This document shows positions 50,551-60,843 of a stretch of DNA of 64,000 nucleotides, one piece after another. The notes below the pieces were generated by a model. The model saw only the letters and a program-made list of their open reading frames with translations. It was not told where the DNA came from and made no database searches. Position numbers and translations under genes: made by a program. Source of the DNA: Moniliella sp. 'wahieum' (lineage: Eukaryota); NCBI GenBank assembly GCA_003971905.1, contig RSEE01000007.1:930001-994000 (forward strand), written 5' to 3'. Within the stretch, counting starts at the first letter, position 1. Every line of letters begins with the position of its first letter.

Positions 50551-53500
50551 TCATCGTACTGATAGCTGCCCCTCAGGTGCTGCCTGCACTGCCTGTGCGC
50601 CCGGCGCGCGCATCCCCCCGGCCCCGCCGGCCGCCGGCCGAGTGCGGCCGCCGGTGCGGCTCCTCCGTCGACAGCGGCGAGGGGCCGCGGCCCCGGCTCG
50701 GAGCGCGTCGCCGACACGGCACTGGCCCCCGGACTGACCACCATCTTGTCCCGCGACACCAGCACGCTCTCCCGCCCGGCCGAGACGGGCGGCGTGCGCC
50801 GGGACTGCTGCCCTCTTCTTCCCGCCCCCGTCGCCCTCCGCCACTCGACATGCGGCGCCGTTTGGCCCCGGCACGCGGTGACCCGCCCCCGCTGTCCCGC
50901 GTTCACGCTTGTAGCCGCCCGCCCATTCGCACCCGTAGGAAGCGCACTGCGGACGCTGACCGCACTCGCTGCGCCCGTTGCACTGGCGGCATTGACGCCC
51001 GTGGGGGGGGCACCGCTACCGCTACCGGACAACCGAGCGGTCGTTGGCGCCGCCGGCCCACTCGGCACACTGGTGGGTCCTCTCGGAGGCTGAGGCTGGT
51101 ACCGCACCCCCCCGCCAAGCCCAGCAATGCATCCACCGCCCCGCTATCTGCCTCCTGCAGTTCCTCTTTCCCGCTTTCCTCCGAGTCCGACTTGCGGGTC
51201 TTGGTCTTGCGGCGTGCTCGGGGCGACGCGCGGGGCTGCTGGGGATTGGCGATGGGTGGGGAAGGGATCAGGCCCGGAGCAGATACGGATACGGATGCGG
51301 TGCGGCTAGGACCAGGCTCAGGGTTGCGCCGCGCCTGTCTGCGCCCGGCCCCAGTGGCTGGGAGGGCGGCAGCTCGCGCTCGGCTGGTCCTGTGTCCGGG
51401 CGCTCGGCTCCGACCCCCGGCCCGATCGGGCGGGCGGGCGGAGCGTCGGGCTGCATGACAGGAAAGCCGCTTGGGCGCGCAGCTACTGGCACGCCAGGCC
51501 CGAGGCTATGCAAGGCAGGCACGTTGGTATCCGGCGGCAGGCGCATTTTCGCCTTCCCCTGCCTCGTAGGAGCCCGTGAGATACTGCGCTGTCGTACTCA
51601 CATCCAGGGGCGTGGGCGGGGAGCGCGGAGGGATGGGCGTGTCGTTGGGCTCGGCAAGGAAGGTGCGGCGGGCAGCGATCACGGGGTTCTCCGGGTCCAA
51701 CTGGGCGGCCCGCACGTACGCGTCCCGCGCGTCCTGCCGCTGGTTGTTGCACGTTTCGTACAGACAGCCAAGGTTGAACCACACCTCGGGGATGCCGGGT
51801 GGAGCTGGATGGCGCGGCTGAAGGCGTCGAGAGTGTCTTCGTACTGCTCAATACGGTAGTACAGCAGGCCGATCGAACACCAGAACGTGGCTTGGTTCCC
51901 ATCGCGGAACACAGCCTGCTGGTACGCCTCGTACGCCTTGTCGTAATTCTCTTGGGCCATCAAGGCGCGGCCGAGAAGGTACCAGGTCTGAGCATCCGCC
52001 GCATCGGCCTCGAGCGAGATTGTCAGATACTCCATGCCCGGTCCTGGTCGGCAAAGGGCGCTTCAGAATGGAGATAGAGCCCCCCCAACTGTTGGAGCAC
52101 CTTGGCGTGCTGCGGTAACTCAGCGAGCACACGTTCGTACGCTTCTTTGGCCATCACAAAGTCCCGCTGTAGCTCGCACACGTGGCCCACCTGGAACTGG
52201 ATATCCGCCTGCTTCAACGGCGCAGGCGGATCGGGAAGGATGTAGCGGAAACAATCGAGGCTGGCAGGGAACTTGCGCTGTTGCTTGTAGATCACCCCGA
52301 GCCGGAAAAAGATCTCGTTTGCCTTGTCAAAGTCGGCATCCATGCTCACCACGCTAGAAAAGGCTTGCTCGGCATGCTCCAGCAGGCCATACCGGTCGTA
52401 CAGAATCCCAATCCCGTACCACAGCCGCGGCTCCTTGGGGTTGGAGAGGTTGTAGAGCGCTTTCTGGTACGCCGCATACGCGCTCTGCAAGTCGTCCATC
52501 ATCAGGTAGCAGTGGCCCAGCGCACCCCACGTCTCCCCGTCCTCAGGGGCAAGCTGGAGCGCGCGCTGCAGCACTTCCACCGCCTTGTCCTGCTGTTCCA
52601 TATCCCGGTACACATTCCCTAGCGCCCGATGGGCTGCCAACGAGTGCGGCTCGTGCTGCAGTGCGTTCTGTATCGAATGGATGGCTCGTTCGTAGCCATC
52701 CGGGCCGCCCATCGTCGTTGCCGCCGAGGCTACAGAGGGTGGGAGGTTAGTACCGCATCAAAGCGAAGCAAAACAAACAAAACAAATCAGAACCAACAGG
52801 TACGTACCAATCGACAACCAGGTTTCCACTTTGGCCTGGATGAGTTCTTTCATCACCCCTACCGCCTCTCGGACGGGGGGAGGAAACTGTGCCGAAGATG
52901 GACGTAGAGGAGGCGAGAGCTTGGTCCCAGCCGCATCCACCTCTGCATCCGCGCCCGCAGCGATGGCAGTCGTAGCAGGGTCATTGGCCATCCTCAGCCT
53001 CCGCCCAGCTGTGGCATGAACAGGCACGGGCGCTACCACGCGTCCCGCTGCCGTGGCCGCAGCTTCCATCGGCTCTTCCCGTAGCAGTGGCGACCGTATC
53101 GGAAGAGGCATCCTCCCCATCGTGGGAGCTGCCTCAATGCGCTGGGCCTCGACTTGAGCATGAGCAGTCTCCATGTGGTGGCATGAGCTGCGGCTTCCAT
53201 CTGGGCCTGAGCCTGAGCCTGAGCCTGAGCTTGAGCCTGAGCTTGAGCCTGAGCTTGAGCATGTGCTTCAGCCTGTGCTGAGCTTGGGCTTGCGCTTGGG
53301 CCTGCGCTGAGCTTGGGCTTGGGCTTGGCTTGGGCTTGGGCTTGGGCTTGTGCTTGTGCTTGGGCTTGTGCTTGTGCTTGGGCTTGTGCCTGAGCTTGAG
53401 CTTGAGCTTGGGCGGCCTGGGCCCGTGCTTGAGCTTGGGCTTGAGCTTGGGCTTGGGCTTGAGCTTTTGCAGCTTGTGCTTGAGCCTGGGCTTGGGCTTG

Positions 53501-54662
53501 GGCTGGGCTTGGGCTTGGGCCTGGGCTTGGCTTGGGCCTGGGCTTCAGCTTCAGCCTGAGCCAGAGCCTGAGCTTCGGCTTCGGCTTCGGCTTCAGCTTC
53601 AGCTGCAGCCTGAGCCTGTGCCTGGGCCTGTGCTTGAGCCTGTGCTTGAGCTTGAGCATGTGCTTGTGCTTGAGCATGTGCTTGCGCTTGTGCTTGAGCC
53701 CGTTCCTCTTCGACCTCGTCGGGCTCTGGAGGGCAGCGCAGTATAGGGCGGAAGAAGGCTCATGGCCACACCCTGTTGGCGGTTATGCTCGTATTCCCGC
53801 TCGTATGCCATCAAGCGTTCGCGTGTCCGCTCAACAGGAGGCAACACATGCAGCGCATGAGGGCCTCGCCGCGCATGGTCCCGTTCCCACTTCCACTCCC
53901 ACTCTCGCTTCGGCCGATCTCGCTCCTCGGCCATCATGGGCGACGGGTGGCGCCGCGGCTCCCCCTGGGCGTGGGCAGCTTGTGCGTGTGCTTGCGCTTG
54001 TGCTTGGGCATGGGCGTGGGCGTGTGCTTGGGCTTGAGCTTGGGCGTGGGCGTGGGCCTGCGCCTGGGCCTGAGCATGGTACTCGTACTCGTACTCATAC
54101 TCCCTCTGGGCGCGCTCGCGCTCATATGCCGCATGCGCCTCGCGCTCCTCCCACGGCACCTCCCCCGGCTGGCGAGGCGACGCCTCGTACCGCCCCCGCG
54201 AGGCGGCATGGCAGGATGCCAGGGGGAAGCATGCACACTGCGTGGCGGCGAGCGGAGCGGAGACCCGGGCGCCATGGCGGGGACGGGGGTGGGGCCCGCG
54301 CGGGCGGCAGGCGAGTAGTGCGGGTGGGGATGGGCCAGGACCGAGGGCGGGCGGGCGGGCGGGCGGATGCATGCGGGCGTCAGGATCGGGCTCGCGCTCG
54401 CGGCTGGCATAGCGCGCAGGGTAGGGTGCGGCGGTAGGCCGGCTCAGCGTCGTACGCGGCGGACGGCGGGCGGTAGGAGGCGGGCGGCGGCGGCGGGCGG
54501 CGGTAGGGCGGGCGGTAGGCGGCGGCGGCGGCGGGTAGGCCGGGGGGCTGCCGGGGGCGGCGGCGGCGGGGCGGCGTAGGCGTAGGGGCGCGCATAGACG
54601 TCGGGCACGGGGGGGCCGCGCGGGGGCGGCGCGGCGGGCGGCAGACGCTGGCTGTACGCCAT
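50551..54662 (-). CDS. SSN6: General transcriptional corepressor Ssn6/Cyc8 (TPR repeats, N-terminal QA/HA repeats); ends approximate
   Basis: TPRs with [92 protein letters not shown] and [14 protein letters not shown]. Intron ~52711-52807. Confidence 0.92.
53200..53700 (-). repeat. Coding hexanucleotide repeat (CARGCN)n encoding poly(Gln-Ala)
   Basis: A long run of TGAGCC/TGGGCT/TGTGCT units on the plus strand translates as AQAQAQ... within SSN6. Confidence 0.93.
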
Positions 54663-57600
54663 GGAGGGAGCGGGAGAGGTGGTGGATGCGTCCTCGACCG
54701 GCGGCGGCGAGAAACGGCAAGAACAAAGCAACCGGCAGGGCAGCGTCAGCGGTGGGCACATGCATGGCACCAGTGACGTGTGACTGGTGGCTATGACATA
54801 CATGATGCATCGTTGGCTGCTCTGTTCCGAGGGAAACGACTGAGAATAGCTCTCTGCATCCCTGCAGCCTGGCGCATCTGAGACGTGTACCCTGGCGCGT
54901 GATGTATGTAAACGCTTAGCGCTTACTAGTTGACGTTGAGCTACTAGTTGCGCGTTGCGTACTCAGCCGATGATCGATGATTAAGATTGGTGATGCATGA
55001 TGCATGATGCATGATCGATACTCTATCTACTCAGTACTCACGCTTCAAGGTACTCAGGCTCAGGACGCAACCCTCGGCGCCTGAGCCAGGAGTGCAATAG
55101 CGCACGAGCCATCGACGTGGACGGTAGCCAGTAAACGTTGGGCCATGGCGCGTGGACCTTGATGGACCTTGGACAGTAGACCGTGGGCCGTGGAAGTTGA
55201 GTACTTGAGTATTATTGAGTACGTTAAATCGATTAAACTCGATTAGCGGATTACCGATTAACGTGGGACGATGCGCGTGGCACGATGGCAAAACGTGGTC
55301 GGCGCCAGGGGGTGGCGAAGGTGGCAGTCAAGCTCCCATCTATTTCTCCCGCTCGCTTGATCGCACGCCACATCCCAGCACGTACTGTCCGTGTCACACA
55401 CACTGGCCCCTTGGAACTTGAAGCTTGAAGCTTGAAGCTTGAAGCTGGACACCATCGATTGCCAGGTGCACCCGCCCATCGCTATTCGTACTAAGCCCCC
55501 GCTGCACTAACGTTGCCAACGGAAAAAAGATCCCGCCTCGTCAGCCTGGCGCCAGGGCCCTGGTCCCGCTTGCTTGCCGTTGGTCTCACTCGGTTGTCCA
55601 ACTGTTCCACACCATGCATCATGCATCACATCCATGTCATACACACATGCCACTTGTCACGTGCATCTTACACCAACATCATGCATCATGTATCATGCAT
55701 CACTTGTTGTGCATGTCACTAGCTCATCACTTACGCACTCGTCCGAATCTCAGATCTCAGACTGGATCATGCATTGCACCACGCGTCACGCGACCGGAGT
55801 CACCAGGTCACAGGTCCGATCTCAGACGCCACGCATCGTGAATCAGATCTCAGACATCATGCACATATCATGCATCCAATATCACGCATCACAAGTCACA
55901 GTTCTCCGATCTTGGTTCTCAGTTACTCGTGTACTCAGTGCGCCCAACTCAGACCTCAAAACACAGTGGACTCGTACATACAGTCACATGTCACATGTCA
56001 CATGTAACGCACCACGCATCACCCACGTCACGTTCAGGCCTCCGTTCTTAGTACGTGCTGTATGTACTCGGCACCAGCCCTCATACTGAGACCCGGTGTA
56101 ACTCAGTGCTCAGTACGTTTAGTACACTCTGTCCCTAGTCCCCAGTACATACTCAATACTGAGATCGATGAGACTCCCTACACACCAACCATCGATCATT
56201 GATCATCATGCATCATGCATCACGCAGGCTGAGTGCTCGCTGAGTCAAGCGTACGAGTTCAGTGTTCATATTCATAACTCAGTCCGTGTACTCGGTACGA
56301 GTTGGTGGTGACGCTGACGACCTTGCCGGGTCTTTTGGGGGGCAGGCCGGCCAGGGCGCCTCGAAGCCTTGTTCCGAGGTGCTACTACTGGTTGAAGCGT
56401 GAACAACTGGCCGCAAGCAGATGGCCCCGATTCACGGAAAGGGGGAGCTGATCCTGATCACGCGCATGCCGGCCACGGATCACGAGTTCGCCCAGCACCC
56501 GCAATGCACTCCAATCGGGGTTTGGTGTAAGCGAACCACGATGTGCAATACAGCCAAATGACATAGCATAACTATTTGTCGTCTATTATAATACGCCGAA
56601 TGAACGATGAGCTCGACTATGAGCGAGCAGCTGGCGCAGCGTTTCTTAAGTTGTCTCCGTGCATTGCATTCTCATTGACGAAGTTCCGCAATTGCCAATA
56701 TGAATTCAAGAAAGGAGACGTCAATTCCAAAACTCCCATCATCATGTCATAGGGTGAGCCTCGGAGTAAGACCCCCTTGTTACGGGCTGCGGTGATGGAC
56801 CCGAGATGGTCCGATCCAAGCTAAGAGCCGCCTGCTCCGCACATGCCCACTGGTAAAGCGTGCTCCGCAGTCCAACCAAGTGTGATGATGGTTAGTTAAA
56901 TTAGGTGCCGTGGCCCGAAGGGCCATGCATCCGTGCGACAATAGTCGCTCCCGGCACAAGTCCAAGTCGGCTGGCCTAAATAAAGCCACCGAGCTTCCAG
57001 TGTCTTTTTGGCGCGACGTCTGTCGCTTCTGTCCCCGTTTCCTTTTCCTTTCTTGGTCGCGTCTGCGGTGACCATCCCCTCTTTTGACGTGTCTTCCTTT
57101 CTACGCTACCCCCTCTTGTTTGTTTCCATTTCCCTTTTGATCTTGCCTGTACCCCTGGTTGATGGGGATACTTTCCCCCACCTTCCATTCTCGTCATCCA
57201 TCTCGTCAACCCTCTCGTCCTTTCGCGCCTATCCTGTCCGACTCCTGCCCGTTTTCCAGTCAATTGATCCAGTACAGGCAGCACTACCGACCCCTTTCTG
57301 ACATCCATGACAGTCATGACGGTCATGACGGTCATGGATGTAGGACCACAACTTTGGTGTCATAGACATCAAGTAAATAACGCAGCTGTTCTCGATGATG
57401 GGGACGGTAGTGATGTCCATGATGTCAGATACGAAATGGATGTCATTGGCGACATGGATACGAGACTCGCTCAATGTATCAAAGACATCAGGGAAGGGGA
57501 AAACATCAAAGGGTTACGCCCTATCAATGATAGGGTTCACGTCAAATATGTCGGCGATGACAGCACTACCAAATATGCCTTAGATGTCGTGGGTGCCTTA

Positions 57601-59171
57601 GACGTCGGAGGGGGCTTAGACGTCGCGGGGGTGTCATTGACGTGGGTGATACCATAGGGGTAATAGGTCTCCAGCGATGGCATAGATGTCCCCGGGTACC
57701 CCGACATCAATGTCTCCCGATGACACTGTCGACATCGAGGACGATGACTGCTCCTGTTGCGTACACGTTTCTTGCCAATGGGGGACTATCCAATAATAAT
57801 GGCTAATCCTATAATTAAACCACAAAAAAGGAGATCTGTGGTATTTGGATAGATTGGTATTGCATATCGGGCCCGGTCGCCACATGTGTTCGAAAGGTTA
57901 GTATCACAGGCGCTGCAACGAGGCTCAGCGGGTACAGTTGCATCGGAGTCTCAGGGATGGCATCCAGTGAAATGTCCCACTGGTTTCAAAGTCCGTTAGA
58001 CAGCTTCTCCACCTGGTTGTATATTCAGCAAATCGAGACAGAGATGAAGAAGGATGGGAATGCGCATCGGAAGGATCCTGCCCTCCACGCCGTTTTGAGG
58101 TTGCGGTCATAGTCTCCCAGGTCATGTTTGACAACCTTCTTACGAAATGAGGCGACACTGGCGACACCCAACGTGGGCCCGCGGGCCTTACGTACCCAGT
58201 GGTGCGTCTCCACCTGCAAGTGGGTTCGGGTAGAAGCGTTCAGAACGTACCGTGAAGAGGAAAGGAACCAAATGAAGATACGCACATTAGCTACGATCTC
58301 GTAGCGGATAGCTGCCGCTATCGCTAGCGTTATTCTTGCCCGTACTTTTCTTGGCCTAGGCACCCTTTACAGCATCGATAACGGTGCCAGGAGGCCACGG
58401 TCTGACAGCGTGAGTTTTGGCCCATTCCTGTTCAACCCAACCTTCCTTTCTTCCTTTTGTCAGAGAGAAAGCTGGGTCTCGAGCGATTAAGATAGATAGT
58501 ACACACCGCACAGAAGGCTCCTAGAGATGAAGAGACGCTTCCCAGGCGCCTTCATTCAAGACATGACTAGCTGTTTTTGCGTTGTAAAACCAAAATGCGG
58601 TTAAACGGAAAAGATGCTGTGGTCAGCCTTAATCATCTGAAGGTCAAAAATGTTGGAGGCTTACAGACATAGGGCGGACTTGGTCAACAGCATCTCCAGT
58701 CCGCTTTTCTTCATCCTGACTCGCAGCGGCTTGCGACATGATGGGCGTCCGCGTCATGATCTCATGAAGAACCTTCCATTTTGGGCTTCATGGAGTTCAT
58801 ATTGCATTTCGTTTACTCCGCTTAGGGCTTCGCGGACGTGCGACCTGATCTCGGAGTCGGATCATGGTCCTCCACATGGGTGTCGGGCACGTCATGCTCG
58901 CCAACAGGCGGCTGGTCACGGCTTGGAAGTCGGCTTGGAGGTGAACAAACGTATGGCGGAGGTGTGCACGGATGTTGTCCTGCTGGTCTGTGGATACAGT
59001 CTAGTTGCTCGCCAGGCCACTGGCTGTCATAAAAATATCCACATCGGGTCTGATGGGAACCATATCGAGACTTGCGGGGTCCGAAAGCGTCCAGGAGGTG
59101 GGATGAATAAGCGCTGGACTCGCCCTTAATAACTGCTACTAGTGCTACTAAACATTTGCACATGAGAGCTA

Positions 59172-60003
59172 AAGTAGAGGCTAGAGAATATACTCCTGCC
59201 CTCCAGGAAGGAATGTTGGAAGAAATGATAAGGAAGGGTCCCTTAGGCTGCGCCTTTACCCTACTGTGGCGCCACTTGGCGACTGGCACTTTTGGCCTAG
59301 TATACGCCACATGGAACCATGCTCCAACTGTTATATAGATAGCGCACGTACTTGCACTGTGTAGTGCACCCTCCGCTTCGACGGACATAGTAGCGCACGG
59401 TAGAGTGTCCGGTGGGCTGAATAATGTTGTGAAAGACCAGAGAGCAGTCAGTTGACGGTGTATTGCATTTTGCACATGAGCGCATGAGCTACAGAGATGT
59501 TACGGGGAGCTGCGGTATCTCTTCCTGACGCAGAGCCCCGCATTTCGTAGGCATCTCTTCCAAACACGTCAGTACTCAGTCTCTACATGGCCTAGCAAGA
59601 AAGAGCTACAATAGTAAGGCATAAAGCGCAGTCTGTTCTGTCAAGTCCGCGGTCCGGTGGGCCGCAGCAAACAAAGGGTTCTGCCAAGACTGTGGGCGCA
59701 ATGGGAACAAAGCATCATACTCATACGCCCATATATTGAGCGGGCTGCGAAGGATGCCAGCTGCATGGATAGATAAGCTCTCTTGCTAGCCTATGTAGAG
59801 ACTGAAGACGTGCTAGTAAGAGGTGCCTATGACATGAGGGGCTCTGCATCGGGAGACACCGCAGCGCCTCGTATCAAGAGTCAAGAAAATACAGAGGCTA
59901 AAGATACTCCTGCCCCCTAAGAAGGAATATTGGAAGGAATGACCAGGAAGGTTTCGCGCTTTTGTGCTACGCCTTTACCATACTGTGGGGCGCCACTTGG
60001 CGA
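59172..60003 (+). repeat. Pair of diverged ~110-bp direct repeats (59172-59283 and 59891-60003)
   Basis: AGAGGCTA..ATACTCCTGCCC..AGAAGGAAT.TTGGAAG.AATGA..AGGAAGG...GCCTTTACC.TACTGTGG..CGCCACTTGGCGA occurs twice. Confidence 0.85.
59503..59871. mobile_element. MITE / foldback element, Tc1-mariner-like, with ~100-bp imperfect TIRs and TA flanks
   Basis: Left arm TA|CGGGGAGCTGCGGTATCTC..GCAGAGCCCC..TAGGCA..CAGTCTCTACAT..CTAGCAAGA..GAGCT is the reverse complement of right arm AGCTCTCTTGCTAG..ATGTAGAGACTG..TGCCTA..GGGGCTCTGC..GAGACACCGCAGCGCCTCG|TA. Confidence 0.75.
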
Positions 60004-60589
60004 TTACGGTGGCTCAACACCGTGCTGCAGCTTTGGTCGAGGACATCAAATTACGATTACGCCGAACCATGTCACTGAGAGGAGGAGTGTGGAGTTATCT
60101 CTATACTGCATCCCTATCTGTAAATCATTGACAGAGCTTTAAAGGCGTCGCAGTGCTCTCATGTACCACCTTCCGGTACGCGGTCTGCTGCGCCTCCTGC
60201 GTTACTTGAGTTGCTCCTTTGCTCAGGCCGATGATGCTGTTTTACTCACGCCCACCGTGTATTGGGATGCCGTGGGATGCACCTTGCACTCTGTACGATC
60301 CGCGCAACTCCACACAGCCCCTGTGCTGGCGCCCCGCACGGGGCCGCATGAGAGCACCAGTACAGCCCTGCTGCCTGCGGCGCCATCGACTGATCGCCTA
60401 CTGCGATCTCAGATCTCAGATCTCATGCCAATCGATAATCTCTTCAAGCTTCGCTTCACTAATAGCTCTTCAAGCTTCAAGCTTCACTAACCATTAGTAA
60501 CTAGCTTCACCAGCACTCTAGTACTCGTCGCACTACGTGAGGCCTGGTGAAAAAATGGGAAATGGGAAACGCCCCTGCACACTTTTACA

Positions 60590-60843
60590 TCAGCTGACGC
60601 GTGCCACGTTCCGCCCACCCTGCCAGCGCGTATCTCTAGGGGAACGGTAGCTAAGGTGGCGATGAAGCACCAAGCTGCGGCTAGGCCCGGTGGTCTCGTC
60701 GGTGAGATTATTTTTGTCTCTCCAGCGTGGAAGGGTTCCAACGTGGAACGGTGGAACGGTGGCTACGGTGGCGACGGTGACCCAGCCCAACAGGCTGGGG
60801 CGAAGCCTCAGCAGACCGGGTCGTGGGCCCGGTGGTCTGCTAG
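60590..60843 (+). mobile_element. Second, more diverged copy of the Helitron-like family (3' portion; 5' end unclear)
   Basis: Shares CTCTCCAGCGTGGAA, GGTGGCTACGGTGGCGACGG and GCTGGGGCGAAGCC.CAGC with 42775-43008. Ends in hairpin ACCGGGTC-GTG-GGCCCGGT, GGTCTG, CTAG|T. Confidence 0.7.

Noticed and set aside
58025..59129. Short ORFs that might be transposase fragments
   Set aside because: No DDE, HTH, RT or Rep/helicase motif that I can recognise.
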